Assembly (NCBI GenBank): GCA_002269645.1
Contig: NIVC01004941.1
Location: 1 to 30,662 of the forward strand
Reading direction: 5' to 3'
From: Macrostomum lignano
Taxonomy: Eukaryota
Length of the DNA: 30,662 nucleotides
Shown here: one piece after another, positions 1-11,153 of the stretch
How the letters are laid out: every line of letters starts with the position of its first letter
Position numbering within the stretch: position 1 is the first letter of the stretch
Program-made: the position numbers and the translations under genes
Notes under the pieces: model-generated
Told to the model about the DNA's origin: nothing
Databases searched by the model: none
Seen by the model: only the letters and a program-made list of their open reading frames with translations

Positions 1-933
1 CTATGGTCTTAACCTCGCGGGTTACGGAAGTTAGAAAGCCTAGAGTAGACTGTAAAAGTTTTTAAATCCTCTGATAAGTCAGAAAAGTCGAGGACTAATC
101 ATTTGAAGATTTCCCCTATCGTGAATTCCTTCGCAGCTGTGATTTGACTTTGTTAGCTAGATATAGCTAGCTAACTCACTTCCTGCTTAGTCGCTCTTGC
201 TTTCCCTGGCGAAATCGGTCTATACTCAGCATAAAATACCGCGCACTGGGTCTGCCCATTCCGCCAAGCATAAAGTTATGCCAACCGAACTGCTCGAGGG
301 CTATAAGGATTAGAAAACTTTGAAGCCACTTGTCGAATGCTGGCGGGAGCTACTCAAAACTGGTTCATTACTCTGGTAGCGTAGTCTCAAGCTCGATCTC
401 GAGGCTCTCCATTGCTTCGCTCGCTTCCTTTCCTCGGCATATTTTTTCCTGTTTTCTGTATAGAAACTTTCTCCAAATTCTATCCAAAACTGCTTGTTGC
501 TTCTGATAGATTCCCCGATAATCCGGGATCTTATCTCGAGTCTTCCTTTATCAATCGCAGTTCCCCCGCTGTTATTAGTTTTCTACCATCGTCTGTAAAT
601 GTAGAAAAAATCGATTCTATTCATCGCAACGGTTTGGAAATTGGACGTCATCAAGAGTTATAATGCGCATATATTTTCTAGCTCTAGAATATCAGCGACA
701 GGAATGGGTAGCGGCACAACATCAAAGCAGTTAACGTTGATATAGCTAATATAGCTTTCTAATAAACTGTATAGATACCCTAGCTACTAAACCAGTGTCT
801 TTATTTGTCAGAAACTATGCAAAAAAGAATTACGAGCCTACTTTAATTAATCAACGATACAATGCGTTGAAATACCAAACTGACAAGCAAAATCTAATTC
901 TGATCGATGGGTAAACATTCAACACAAATGGGT

Positions 934-939
934 TTTATT
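934..939 (-). terminator. Candidate polyadenylation signal AATAAA of the LicD-family gene
   Basis: tttatt on + (AATAAA on -), ~300 nt downstream of the stop. The region is AT-rich, so a chance match is possible. Confidence 0.35.
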
Positions 940-1234
940 ATAACACATAAAGTTCAATATGCAGACAGGTTTATAAGAGTAAATTTGGCTACAACCGTTA
1001 TTAATAGTTAAGATAAGCAGATCACCATCAATGGTGATTTACGAGCGTATTTGGTCCTGATAAACCAGGTTTCCTTTAGGCGTTGAAAAGTGTTAAGTAA
1101 AGTTTACGTTCTAGGCCATGCATATCCTGCAAGCCATCCAGACTGAATTCGAATTCCATTAAATGCAGCAAAAGCTGAGCGTTGCCGACGTCACTGCCGA
1201 GGAATGTAGATGGCGTGAAGACGCGACTGCCAGG

Positions 1235-2362
1235 TCAGAATGTCGGCATCAAACAGTCTGCGATCGCGCAGCCGCAGCCGCAGGCGGACACGAACGGATA
1301 GAACCTTCGCAGACTGGCACACGTAGTCACCTTCTGTTCGCAACGAAACTTGTCGCTGTGAATCTCGAACAGGCAGCTGCTGTAGTAATTATCGCTGTAA
1401 CCCTTCGCCAAGAACTCGTCCGGTTTATTCGGCGCCGCAAACAGGTACGGCCCGAATGGGCGCTGGCTTAGCGGATAGACATCCGCCAGATCGAAGCTGA
1501 ACTGCCACTCAGGCCGGTAGAAGTACTGGCCCAGTACCTTGCCAAAGAACAAGTCAACAGAGAAGCGACAGCGCTTGCTGTTGGGATTCGAAGAGTCAAG
1601 TCGTTGACAGAGAATGTCCAGCCGCCAGTGCTGATTAGTCTGTTCGGTATCAACAAATTGGAACTCATCCAGTTCGGACAGTTCGGTTAGCAGTTTGCGA
1701 ACTTCGTACTTTTGATCCTCGCGGACCATGAAATCAACGTCGTCGTCCCACGGTATGACGCCAAAGTGTCGTCCAGATCCGATCAGACTGCCGTCCGTGA
1801 GGAAAAGCTCCAATCCTCGTTGGGAAAAATTCTGATTGAGCCTGTTTAGAAGATGGTATATCTTTGTCAGTTCGGCTTCGGAATACGATTGATTGAAACA
1901 ACCAGTCAGGCCGGTCCCGAATTCCTTCTCTGTCAAGGATGCATCGTCGGCATTTGAAAACAGGGCATTCTGACAAGCCAGCGACACACCGACGGGAGAG
2001 ACGGGCTCCGCCAGTCTAACGTAGTTGGGCCCCTCGGAAATTTTCAGTTGCTTCTCACTTTCTCGATTGTCGCCTATGCGAAGCAGTTTGAGCAGTGTCT
2101 CCGTGTCGTTGACGCAATCCTCTCGTCTCAGCATGCCCGGCGAGGGGGCGTCAACTCGGCCCGTCAGGTAGAGCATCAGGCGGTGCATGATGGAGCCGCA
2201 CGACGGTACGCAACCGTTGTTGGAGAAGCTTCTGCCACCGCCGACTCCAAGCCTCCAAGACACCGCGACGCTGGCTAGCCGCAACTGCACCATCCAGTAG
2301 AAGACGACAAGGCCCGCTGTGCAGGTCAGCATTAGCGACAAACGCGACCACCTGCGGCCCAT
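1235..2362 (-). CDS. LicD/fukutin-related phosphotransferase (nucleotidyltransferase fold), probable type II membrane protein, ~375 aa, intronless
   Basis: Contains FLTDGSLIGSGRHFGVIPWDDDVDFMV, matching the LicD signature (G[T/S]LLG..RH.G.IPWDDD.D), then VDLFF, YPLSQRPFG and a Cys-rich C..L...YPFV tail. The track's start at 2407 is TTG; the first ATG (MGRRWSRLSLMLTCTAGLVVFYWMV, hydrophobic anchor) is at 2362. Confidence 0.85.
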   Translation of the reverse strand: MGRRWSRLSLMLTCTAGLVVFYWMVQLRLASVAVSWRLGVGGGRSFSNNGCVPSCGSIMHRLMLYLTGRVDAPSPGMLRREDCVNDTETLLKLLRIGDNRESEKQLKISEGPNYVRLAEPVSPVGVSLACQNALFSNADDASLTEKEFGTGLTGCFNQSYSEAELTKIYHLLNRLNQNFSQRGLELFLTDGSLIGSGRHFGVIPWDDDVDFMVREDQKYEVRKLLTELSELDEFQFVDTEQTNQHWRLDILCQRLDSSNPNSKRCRFSVDLFFGKVLGQYFYRPEWQFSFDLADVYPLSQRPFGPYLFAAPNKPDEFLAKGYSDNYYSSCLFEIHSDKFRCEQKVTTCASLRRFYPFVSACGCGCAIADCLMPTF

Positions 2363-3243
2363 TTCGCGGTTGATGATAACCAATTTTTCAGCGTTTATTT
2401 CCAGCAAAAGCGGTGCGCATTGGCAAAAAGCCTGGTTACTAATACAGATGCTTCATTCTTGATCTACATGTACTGGTAGAGTTCTGGTCTGAATCTTTAA
2501 CGGGTCTTAGAGGGAGAAAGAGCAACTCGACCGAACCAACGCCCAGCCAATCAGGCACAGCCGACCAAGCGAACAAAGTCGGAGCGCTGGAAATGCTTGA
2601 CAGAACTAGCCGGCATAACATCAGACAGATGTTTATGTGATAGCTGGGTTTATTTGTGTCACACCATGTGTCCTGACGCATCAACTGAGAGTTTAAAGTC
2701 AGAGAATTTTGCCATTGGCAATTAAATAGTCTGCATACTGGGATGGCCCTTACTGATAGGAGCTATTCTGCAAACATTTAAACTTTATAGTGCCCTGGGC
2801 GAGCTGGCAGAGCTAAAAAAGCACCAAATAAAAAATCTTTAGCAGGCCGACATACATATACCGGGTACGACGCAGAAAAGTCGCTGACTGGAGCAGATCG
2901 CGTACCACTAGATGCACATCTGTTGCCAGAAATTCGCGAATCTGAGCCTACAGCCTACGATAGCCGGCTGTTGGCCAGAATTCAGTTCGGATTTTTCTCC
3001 CCCCCAGCTGCCCAGCTCCCCAGATAGAGCAGTGGGAGAATCCCCTTGCAAAGGCTCCGCTATCGTGGCAGCGTTCCAGGACCCGATAAATTGTTTATGA
3101 AGCTATCAGCACTGACTCGAACTGGGGTTTTGCGACGCACGCCGGAGAGCAGGCTTTGCGTGCTGTGCGAGGTTCAGTTCGAGGCATGGGACACGAACTC
3201 GGCTGCGGTACAGTAGGGGTCAGCATTCTAGACGGCCGCTGAA

Positions 3244-3289
3244 AGATAGATAGATAGATAAATAAATATTAGATAAATAAATATTAGAT
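3244..3289. repeat. (GATA)n microsatellite plus a duplicated AATAAATATTAGAT unit
   Basis: Direct reading: agatagatagatagata aataaatattagata aataaatattagat. Confidence 0.8.
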
Positions 3290-3299
3290 GGGTAGATAT

Positions 3300-3794
3300 C
3301 ACCAGGGGCGCCAGCACCAGGGGCGCCAGCACCAGGGGCGCCAGCACCAGGGGCGCCAGCACCAGGGGCGCCAGCACCAGGGGCGCCAGCACCAGGGGCG
3401 CCAGCACCAGGGGCGCCAGCACCAGGGGCGCCAGCACCAGGGGCGCCAGCACCAGGGGCGCCAGCACCAGGGGCGCCAGCACCAGGGGCGCCAGCACCAG
3501 GGGCGCCAGCACCAGGGGCGCCAGCACCAGGGGCGCCAGCACCAGGGGCGCCAGCACCAGGGGCGCCAGCACCAGGGGCGCCAGCACCAGGGGCGCCAGC
3601 ACCAGGGGCGCCAGCACCAGGGGCGCCAGCACCAGGGGCGCCAGCACCAGGGGCGCCAGCACCAGGGGCGCCAGCACCAGGGGCGCCAGCACCAGGGGCG
3701 CCAGCACCAGGGGCGCCAGCACCAGGGGCGCCAGCACCAGGGGCGCCAGCACCAGGGGCGCCAGCACCAGGGGCGCCAGCACCAGGGGCGCCAG
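3300..3794. repeat. Perfect minisatellite, 33 x 15 bp (CACCAGGGGCGCCAG)
   Basis: 495 bp of identical units. The unit has no T, so all six frames are stop-free, explaining the GAPGA/APLVL/GRQHQ ORFs. Confidence 0.98.
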
Positions 3795-4487
3795 ACAGAC
3801 AGCCCTGTTTATACTCATTACTCCATGGCATCAGCTCCAACAATATCCCAGCCTCCCAGCAGGCTAATCATCCGCTATCGAGAGAGTGGGAGGCGGGTTG
3901 GCGATGGCCTCCCAAGTCTCGCGGCCAATTTCGCATCGCGCAAGTAAGGCTGCCAGTAGAATATCGGCAACAGCTGTGTGCGGAGCTGCGGAATTTGGCG
4001 GCATCGCAATTCAAGCCAGACCCAGCCAGCCAGCCAAGCCAGCTAGAAAATTGTGCTCCATCCGGGATGGGCTAGATCGGCTGGGGTAAGTGAGGATAAA
4101 AATTCGAAGATGGACAGACATTCTGCCTCAGCAGCAGAGTTATATTATACTCGGCTGTGTTGTTTGGGGCGGATATTTCTGGGAATAATTTAATTTTCAT
4201 TCCCCTTTCCCCAGCTGTAATACCAGGACCTATTTAGTAAAACAGTGAAAATACACTGCGGAGATAGGGAAAATCATTTTTCATCACAAAATGAATCATT
4301 GCGTTTGAACTGGGACAGTGTGAAGATTACCATAATTACTTAAAATTTATTGTTTGTTGCTTCTTGAATCAAGTGTATTTCCCTTCTTATCCTCTCCTAT
4401 CTCCGTACTGCACTTTTTGTCCAGGAAATCGGCCTCCTAAAAATTGCACTCTTTGACTTTTGCGTCCTATTATACTACAGTAGTCCA

Positions 4488-5037
4488 TTTTTCATGTCAG
4501 GGACTACGATTCTTTATGTCAGGGACTACGATTTTTCATGTCAGGGACTATGATTATTTATGTCAGGGACTATGATTTTTCATGTCAGGGATTATGATTA
4601 TTCATGTCAGGGACTATGATTTTTCATGTCAGGGACTATGATTATTTATGTCAGGGACTATGATTTTTCATGTCAGGGACTATGATTATTTATGTCAGGG
4701 ACTATATGAGTTTTCAAGTCAGGGACTATGAGTTTTCATGTCAGGGACTACGATTTTTCATGTCAGGGACTACGATTTTTCATATCAGGAACGATGAGTT
4801 TTCATGTCAGGGACTATGATGTTTCATGTCAGGAACTTTAATTATTCATGTCAGGACCTCTGATTATTCATGTCAGGACCTCTGATTATTCATCTCAGGG
4901 ACTTTATTTATTCATCTCAGGGAATTTATTTATTCATCTCAGGGACTATGATTATTCATCTCAGGGACTATGATTATTCATCTCAGGGACTTTAATTATT
5001 CATGTCAGGGACTTTAATTATTCATGTCAGGGACTAT
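4488..5037. repeat. Minisatellite, ~25 x 22 bp (ATGTCAGGGACTATGATTATTC consensus), variable
   Basis: ATGTCAG recurs at 4494, 4516, 4538, 4560 and onward, with substitutions and small indels. Confidence 0.95.
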
Positions 5038-5684
5038 GCAGTGCCAGCAGTGCTATGCTAATAAACACTGGGATGTCAGTAAAGTGTCAACATCCAGAGG
5101 TTAAATCGTCAAGGCAGTTGATATTCAAGGCCACCCAAGCAGCCCACGCTGACACACAAGATCTAGATAGATAGAGACGCACATTAGCAAGCCCCATTAG
5201 CGCCGCAGTTGCAGGCCCAGCTATATGTAGAGGCCATTAATTTCCCAACTTCTTTTTGCTTCAACCGCGAGATCAAGACATGGCTAAACCGAACTGACTG
5301 ACTGCTTAGTTAAAGAGCTGAAATCCCGGGAAAGTCAAATGGAAATTAGCTATTATATATGCAATCTGGAAGCGAGCAGAGTGCTGCATGGGCTGTGTCT
5401 TCTGCTTGTAGGATACAGGGAATAGATGAAGAGGAGAGAGAGAGAGACGATAGCTGCTCTCTTCTTCCCTAAGAGCCGCAGCTCTTCAGTTCCAAACCAA
5501 TTCCTTTTGGGGTGGAAACATTAGCCAGTCATTCAGTACCAGTTGGCCACTTCACTTGAACGGCGCCTCTCTGATGAACTGTCAATCAGCTGAGCTGTTG
5601 AAATTATCCACCGGCTCGAACAGCGCCACCATTATAAATAAATACGAGCATTTACTAAGATTTTATTTAAAGCATTTCATTCGT

Positions 5685-7383
5685 TAATCCATAGTAGCTA
5701 TAGATTAGCAATCCATTCTGTTTCTTAATCCATAGTAGATGTAGATGTAGATTAGCAATCCATTCTCTTTCTTAATAATCCATAGTAGATGTAGATTAGC
5801 AATCCATTCTATTCCTTAATCCATAGTAGATGTAGATTAGCAATCCATTCTATTCCTTAATCCATAGTAGATGTAGATTAGCAATCCATTATATTCCTTA
5901 AGCAATAGTAGATGTAGATTAGCAATCCATTCTATCCCTTAATCCATAGTAGATGTAGATTAGCAATCCATTATATTCCTTAAGCAATAGTAGATGTAGA
6001 TTAGCAATCCATTCTATTCCTTAAGCAATAATAGATGTAGATTAGCAATCCATTCTATTCCTTAATCCTTAGTAGATGTAGATTAGCAATCCATTATATT
6101 CCTTAATCCATAGTAGATGTAGATTAGCAATCCATTCTATTCCTTAAGCAATAGTAGATGTAGATTAGCAATCCATTCTATTCCCTAAGAAATAGTAGAT
6201 GTAGATTAGCAATCCATTCTATTCCTTAATCCTTAGTAGATGTAGATTAGCAATCCATTATATTCCTTAAGCAATAGTAGATGTAGATTAGCAATCCATT
6301 CTATTCCTTAAGCAATAGTAGATGTAGATTAGCAATCCATTCTATTCCTTAATCCTTAGTAGATGTAGATTAGCAATCCATTATATTCCTTAATCCATAG
6401 TAGATGTAGATTAGCAATCCATTCTATTCCTTAATCCTTAGTAGATGTAGATTAGCAATCCATTCTATTCCTTAATCCATAGTAGATGTAGATTAGCAAT
6501 CCATTCTATTCCTTAAGCAATAGTAGATGTAGATTAGCAATCCATTCTATTCCTTAAGCAATAGTAGATGTAGATTAGCAATCCATTCTATTCCTTAAGC
6601 AATAGTAGATGTAGATTAGCAATCCATTCTATTCCTTAAGCAATAGTAGATGTAGATTAGCAATCCATTCTATTCCTTAAGCAATAGTAGATGTAGATTA
6701 GCAATCCATTCTATTCCTTAAGCAATAGTAGATGTAGATTAGCAATCCATTCTATTCCTTAAGCAATAGTAGATGTAGATTAGCAATCCATTCTATTCCT
6801 TAAGCAATAGTAGATGTAGATTAGCAATCCATTCTATTCCTTAAGCAATAGTAGATGTAGATTAGCAATCCATTATATTCCTTAAGCAATAGTAGATGTA
6901 GATTAGCAATCCATTATATTCCTTAAGCAATAGTAGATGTAGATTAGCAATCCATTCTATTCCTTAAGCAATAGTAGATGTAGATTAGCAATCCATTACA
7001 TTCCTTAAGCAATAGTAGATGTAGATTAGCAATCCATTCTATTCCTTAAGCAATAGTAGATGTAGATTAGCAATCCATTCTATTCCTTAAGCAATAGTAG
7101 ATGTAGATTAGCAATCCATTCTATTCCTTAAGCAATAGCAGATGTAGATTAGCAATCCATTCTATTCCTTAAGCAATAGTAGATGTAGATTAGCAATCCA
7201 TTCTATTCCTTAAGCAATAGTAGATGTAGATTAGCGATCCATTCTATTCCTTAAGCAATAGTAGATGTAGATTAGCAATCCATTCTATTCCTTAAGCAAT
7301 AGCAGATGTAGATTAGCAATCCATTCTATTCCTTAAGCAATAGTAGATGTAGATTAGCGATCCATTCTATCCCTTAATCCATG
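5685..7383. repeat. Minisatellite, ~41 x 41 bp (TAGTAGATGTAGATTAGCAATCCATTCTATTCCTTAAGCAA)
   Basis: 41-bp period (e.g. 6481 -> 6522). ATCCA/ATCCT variants dominate the left part, AGCAA the right, and edge copies are degenerate. Confidence 0.98.
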
Positions 7384-7851
7384 TTGGCTTTAGATTATAA
7401 ATCCATTTTGACACTGAAATCAAATAGAAGAGATTTTCTATAAAGACGTGTTTCAATTGTGCAATTACAGATTTGGGAAGTCTATGGACTGTTGCTTATT
7501 GAAGACATTGCAATTTATTTTAGTTGAATATTTATATGGAATTTACTATTTTTATACAAACAATAGTGCCGCAGAATCATCACTATTAAACAAGTAAACA
7601 AGTACACACACAAACAAGCAAAACAAATGGTTATTAATAATGATTACTACAAAATAATATTACGCATACAGTATATACGAATAGAAATTCCATATTAAAC
7701 AAAACTCACAATTTAAACATAAAAATATAGGCATTTAAGCCAGTTTAACCTGCTCTTGAATGTTTCAATTACAAGTCATCAGCTCCGACTTTTAAGCTAG
7801 TTAGCGAGCAACTGACAGCGAAAATGGCAATGACAATACGAACGAAACTTG

Positions 7852-8198
7852 GTGACAGTGGTAGTGGAAATCGGGGTGACAGTGGAGTGAACATTGGGGT
7901 GACGGTAGAGTAACGTAGTGGACATCAGGGTGACAGTGGAGTGACAGTGGTAGTGGACATCAGGGTGACAGTGGAGTGACAGTGGTAGTGGACATCAGGG
8001 TGACAGTGGAGTGACAGTGGTAGTGGACATCAGGGTGACAGTGGAGTGACAGTGGTAGTGGACATCAGGGTGACAGTGGAGTGACAGTGGTAGTGGACAT
8101 CAGGGTGACAGTGGAGTGACAGTGGTAGTGGACATCAGGGTGACAGTGGAGTGACAGTGGTAGTGGACATCGGGGTGACAGCGGAGTGGACATTGGGG
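7852..8198. repeat. Minisatellite, ~9-10 x 35 bp (GTGACAGTGGTAGTGGACATCAGGGTGACAGTGGA)
   Basis: 35-bp period (7941 -> 7976), internal GTGACAGTGG duplication, degenerate flanks. Confidence 0.95.
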
Positions 8199-8484
8199 CG
8201 CTATTTCGCGGACATTATCATAAAAGCTGCAGCAAGGTGAAACGTGATTAGCAGAAGATAGAAAAAATGCGCCAGCCACGAGCGAGTCACGGGCTAAATA
8301 TAAACTGTCAAAAATGTTTTACTTCGTATTAACCTGGGGACGCGGAGGGCACGGCCAGTGACTATATAATTAACAATTTTATTATTAGCAATAACAAGTA
8401 GTAGCTAAGGAATTTATTACAGCATACTGAATATTGGCACGGAACCATGGTTGCTAAAGTGATTCTTGCAACACTTCTTTCTTC

Positions 8485-8745
8485 GAGAGAGACAGGAGAG
8501 GAGATGGAGACAGGGGAAAGGAGAGAGTGGAGAGAGGAGAGAAGAGAGGAGAGAGGGGAAAGGGGGGAGGAGAGGGGAGAAGGGAGGTGGAGAGGAGGAG
8601 AGGAGAGGAGAGGGGAGAGGAGAGAGGAGAGAGAGAAGGGAGGACGGAGGGGGAGAGAGGAGACGGAGGGGGAGAGAGGAGACGGAGAGGAGAGGAGAGT
8701 GGGGAGGAGAGACGGAGAGGGGAGAGGAGGGAAGTGAGAGAGATC
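8485..8745. repeat. Polypurine (GA-rich) low-complexity tract
   Basis: Almost only G and A on +. The overlapping E/R/G ORFs are compositional artefacts. Confidence 0.9.
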
Positions 8746-8786
8746 AGAGAAGCGGGATTGCCATGTTAAAAGATTTCAAAAGACCC

Positions 8787-9380
8787 TAGGGCAGGATAGA
8801 GAGGCTTAGCGCGGGACTCTATGGCAGGATAGAGAGGCTTAGCGCGGGACTCTAAGGCAGGATAGAGAGGCTTAGCGCGGGACTCTATGGCAGGATAGAG
8901 AGGCTTAGCGCGGGACTCTAAGGCAGGATAGAGAGGCTTAGCGCGGGACTCTAAGGCAGGATAGAGAGGCTTAGCGCGGGACTCTAAGGCAGGATAGAGA
9001 GGCTTAGCGCGGGACTCTAAGGCAGGATAGAGAGGCTTAGCGCGGGACTCTAAGGCAGGATAGAGAGGCTTAGCGCGGGACTCTAAGGCAGGATAGAGAG
9101 GCTTAGCGCGGGACTCTAAGGCAGGATAGAGAGGCTTAGCGCGGGACTCTAAGGCAGGATAGAGAGGCTTAGCGCGGGACTCTAAGGCAGGATAGAGAGG
9201 CTTAGCGCGGGACTCTAAGGCAGGATAGAGAGGCTTAGCGCGGGACTCTAAGGCAGGATAGAGAGGCTTAGCGCGGGACTCTAAGGCAGGATAGAGAGGC
9301 TTAGCGCGGGACTCTAAGGCAGGATAGAGAGGCTTAGCGCGGGACTCTAAGGCAGGATAGAGAGGCTTAGCGCGGGACTC
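8787..9380. repeat. Minisatellite, 18 x 33 bp (TAAGGCAGGATAGAGAGGCTTAGCGCGGGACTC)
   Basis: 594 bp of near-identical units (two TATGG variants and one TAGGG variant). Confidence 0.98.
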
Positions 9381-9526
9381 TACCGTCTCTGGTGCAGAAG
9401 AAACGCTTGTGGAACCAGAAAAGCGCAACTTAAATTTGGCCAGGGAACCGAACCGGGCACACCAATATGAACAGAAAATGCAAACGGAAAAAACATTTGT
9501 CAGTTTAATTGATTTAATGAATTCAT

Positions 9527-10187
9527 CTAAGAGGCCAGAAATCTTCTTATGCCGAGATCGCGCCTAGCGCTCAGGCCGCAGCCGCCGGTCAGCAGCTGGG
9601 ACAACCCGTTGGCCAGCGACAGCTCGCTACGACGCTGCCAAGGCGTCAACGATTCTTCAATTCGACCGTCGATTAAGCCGAACAATTCGTCGCCGGCGAA
9701 TCGGCGAGAGACGCCGAGACGTCGAATCAGCTCGTCTGGACGCTGTTTGACGCGTTGACAGTCGGGCGGCGTCGGCGGAGGCGACGGGGCCAGTAGGTGC
9801 CAATCGACGCCAAGACAACGCAGCGCGCTCTGATGCCGCGGGTGTCGCGGCGACAAGCTGGAATCTTTGACTGTATCATCGGCGTCGTCGACATTCGAAG
9901 GCGACATTGGCAGCGGCGAAGTTTCGACGTCGGACACCGGGACGGCGTCGGCTAGAAGGGTCTCTTCGATGCCAGGCATGGCGTAACGCTGAGGCGCCAG
10001 ACGATACTCTTCGTCCAGTGACGACGGAGGCGGCAAAGGCGGCTGGACGGCGCGACTGTCGATTTGACGGCGTCGACGTTTGATGACAGCGGCGGCGTCT
10101 GGTTGCGGCAGAATTCGGCGAACCAGACGGTCGAGGAGCCACGCGTCGCTGCTACCATTGGCGGCGGAGTGACGGTCCAAGCTGTCG
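9527..10187 (-). CDS. Exon 2 (C-terminal, ~220 codons) of the RS/RD-rich protein gene; non-repetitive C-terminal region of unknown family
   Basis: Acceptor ccccttcgcaatccgcAG| at 10189-10188. The phase-2 join GG+C = Gly continues exactly into the frame DSLDRHSAANG...GIRRFLAS*, ending at TAG (9529-9527). Confidence 0.8.
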
Positions 10188-11153
10188 CTGCGGATTGCGA
10201 AGGGGTGAGATAGGAGTTTTAAAGGGTGAGATTGGAGTTTGAAAAGGTGAGATAGGAGTTTGAAGGGGTGAGATAGGGGTTCTAAAGGGTGAGATTGGAG
10301 TTTGAAAGGGTGAGATTGGTGTTTGAAAGGGTGAGATTGGAGTTTTAAAGGGTGAGATTGGAGTTTGAAAGGGTGAGATTGGTGTTTGAAAGGGTGAGAT
10401 TGGTGTTTGAAGGGGTGAGATTAGAGTTTGAAGGGGTGAGATTGGAGTTTGAAAGGGTGAGATTGGAGTTTGAAAGGGTGAGATTAGAGTTTGAAAGGGT
10501 GAGATTGGTGTTTGAAAGGGTGAGATTGGAGTTTTAAAGGGTGAGATTGGAGTTTTAAAGGGTGAGATTGGAGTTTGAAAGGGTGAGATTGGTGTTTGAA
10601 AGGGTGAGATTGGAGTTTGAAAGGGTGAGATTGGTGTTTGAAAGGGTGAGATTGGTGTTTGAAGGGGTGAGATTAGAGTTTGAAGGGGTGAGATTGGAGT
10701 TTGAAAGGGTGAGATTGGAGTTTGAAAGGGTGAGATTAGAGTTTGAAAGGGTGAGATTGGTGTTTGAAAGGGTGAGATTGGTGTTTGAAAGGGTGAGATT
10801 GGTGTTTGAAGGGGTGAGATTGGTGTTTGAAGAGGTGAGATTGGCGTTTGAAAGGGTGAGATTGGTGTTTGAAGTGGTGAGACTGGTGTTTGAAGGAGTG
10901 AGAATGGTGTATGAAGGGGAGATTGATGTTTGAAGGGGAGATTGATGTTTAAAGAGGTGAGATTGATATTTGAAGGGTCATATTGGTATTTAAGAGGTGA
11001 GATTACAGTTTAAAAGGAGTGGTGAGATTTGTGTTTGAGGTATTAAGGGGATTTGGTGCTATGTTTGGATGCACGATTAGCGTCTTAAGATTAGTGCTCA
11101 GGGGCAAGAGAGTGAGGCTATCTTTACTGAGTATCCCTGAGCCGGAGACTTAC
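10188..11153 (-). other. GT-AG intron (966 nt) of the RS/RD-rich gene
   Basis: The donor CGG|GTAAGT is a perfect consensus and overlaps the track's 'stop' TAA at 11152-11150. The acceptor preserves the frame. Confidence 0.8.
10201..11040. repeat. Intronic minisatellite, ~35-40 x 21 bp (GGGTGAGATTGGAGTTTGAAA), decaying rightwards
   Basis: 21-bp period, giving the artefactual (ERVRLEF)n ORFs. It fills most of the intron. Confidence 0.95.

Noticed and set aside
1-720. Short open stretches on both strands, including ORF 412-663
   Set aside because: No recognisable motif, frequent stops and a non-ATG start. It may be decayed coding or TE sequence but cannot be supported.
3300-3794. Resemblance of the 15-bp unit to the CTCF motif CCACCAGGGGGCGC
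   Set aside because: The unit has four G rather than five and lacks the leading CC, so spacing is wrong. CTCF is also reported lost in flatworms, if that host inference holds.
3220-3947. (GAPGA)n elastin/silk-like, (APLVL)n and (GRQHQ)n ORFs
   Set aside because: The unit lacks T, so no frame on either strand can contain a stop. There is no codon variation, no convincing signal peptide and no unique domain.
7750-7811. Possible 62-nt non-coding minus-strand exon (pyrimidine tract-AG ... CAG|GTTAAA)
   Set aside because: The donor is weak, there is no reading frame and no independent support. It needs RNA data.
8447-9428. E/R/G-rich ORFs and the (ESRAKPLYPAL)n ORF
   Set aside because: They arise from a polypurine tract and a 33-bp array, and most start at non-ATG codons.
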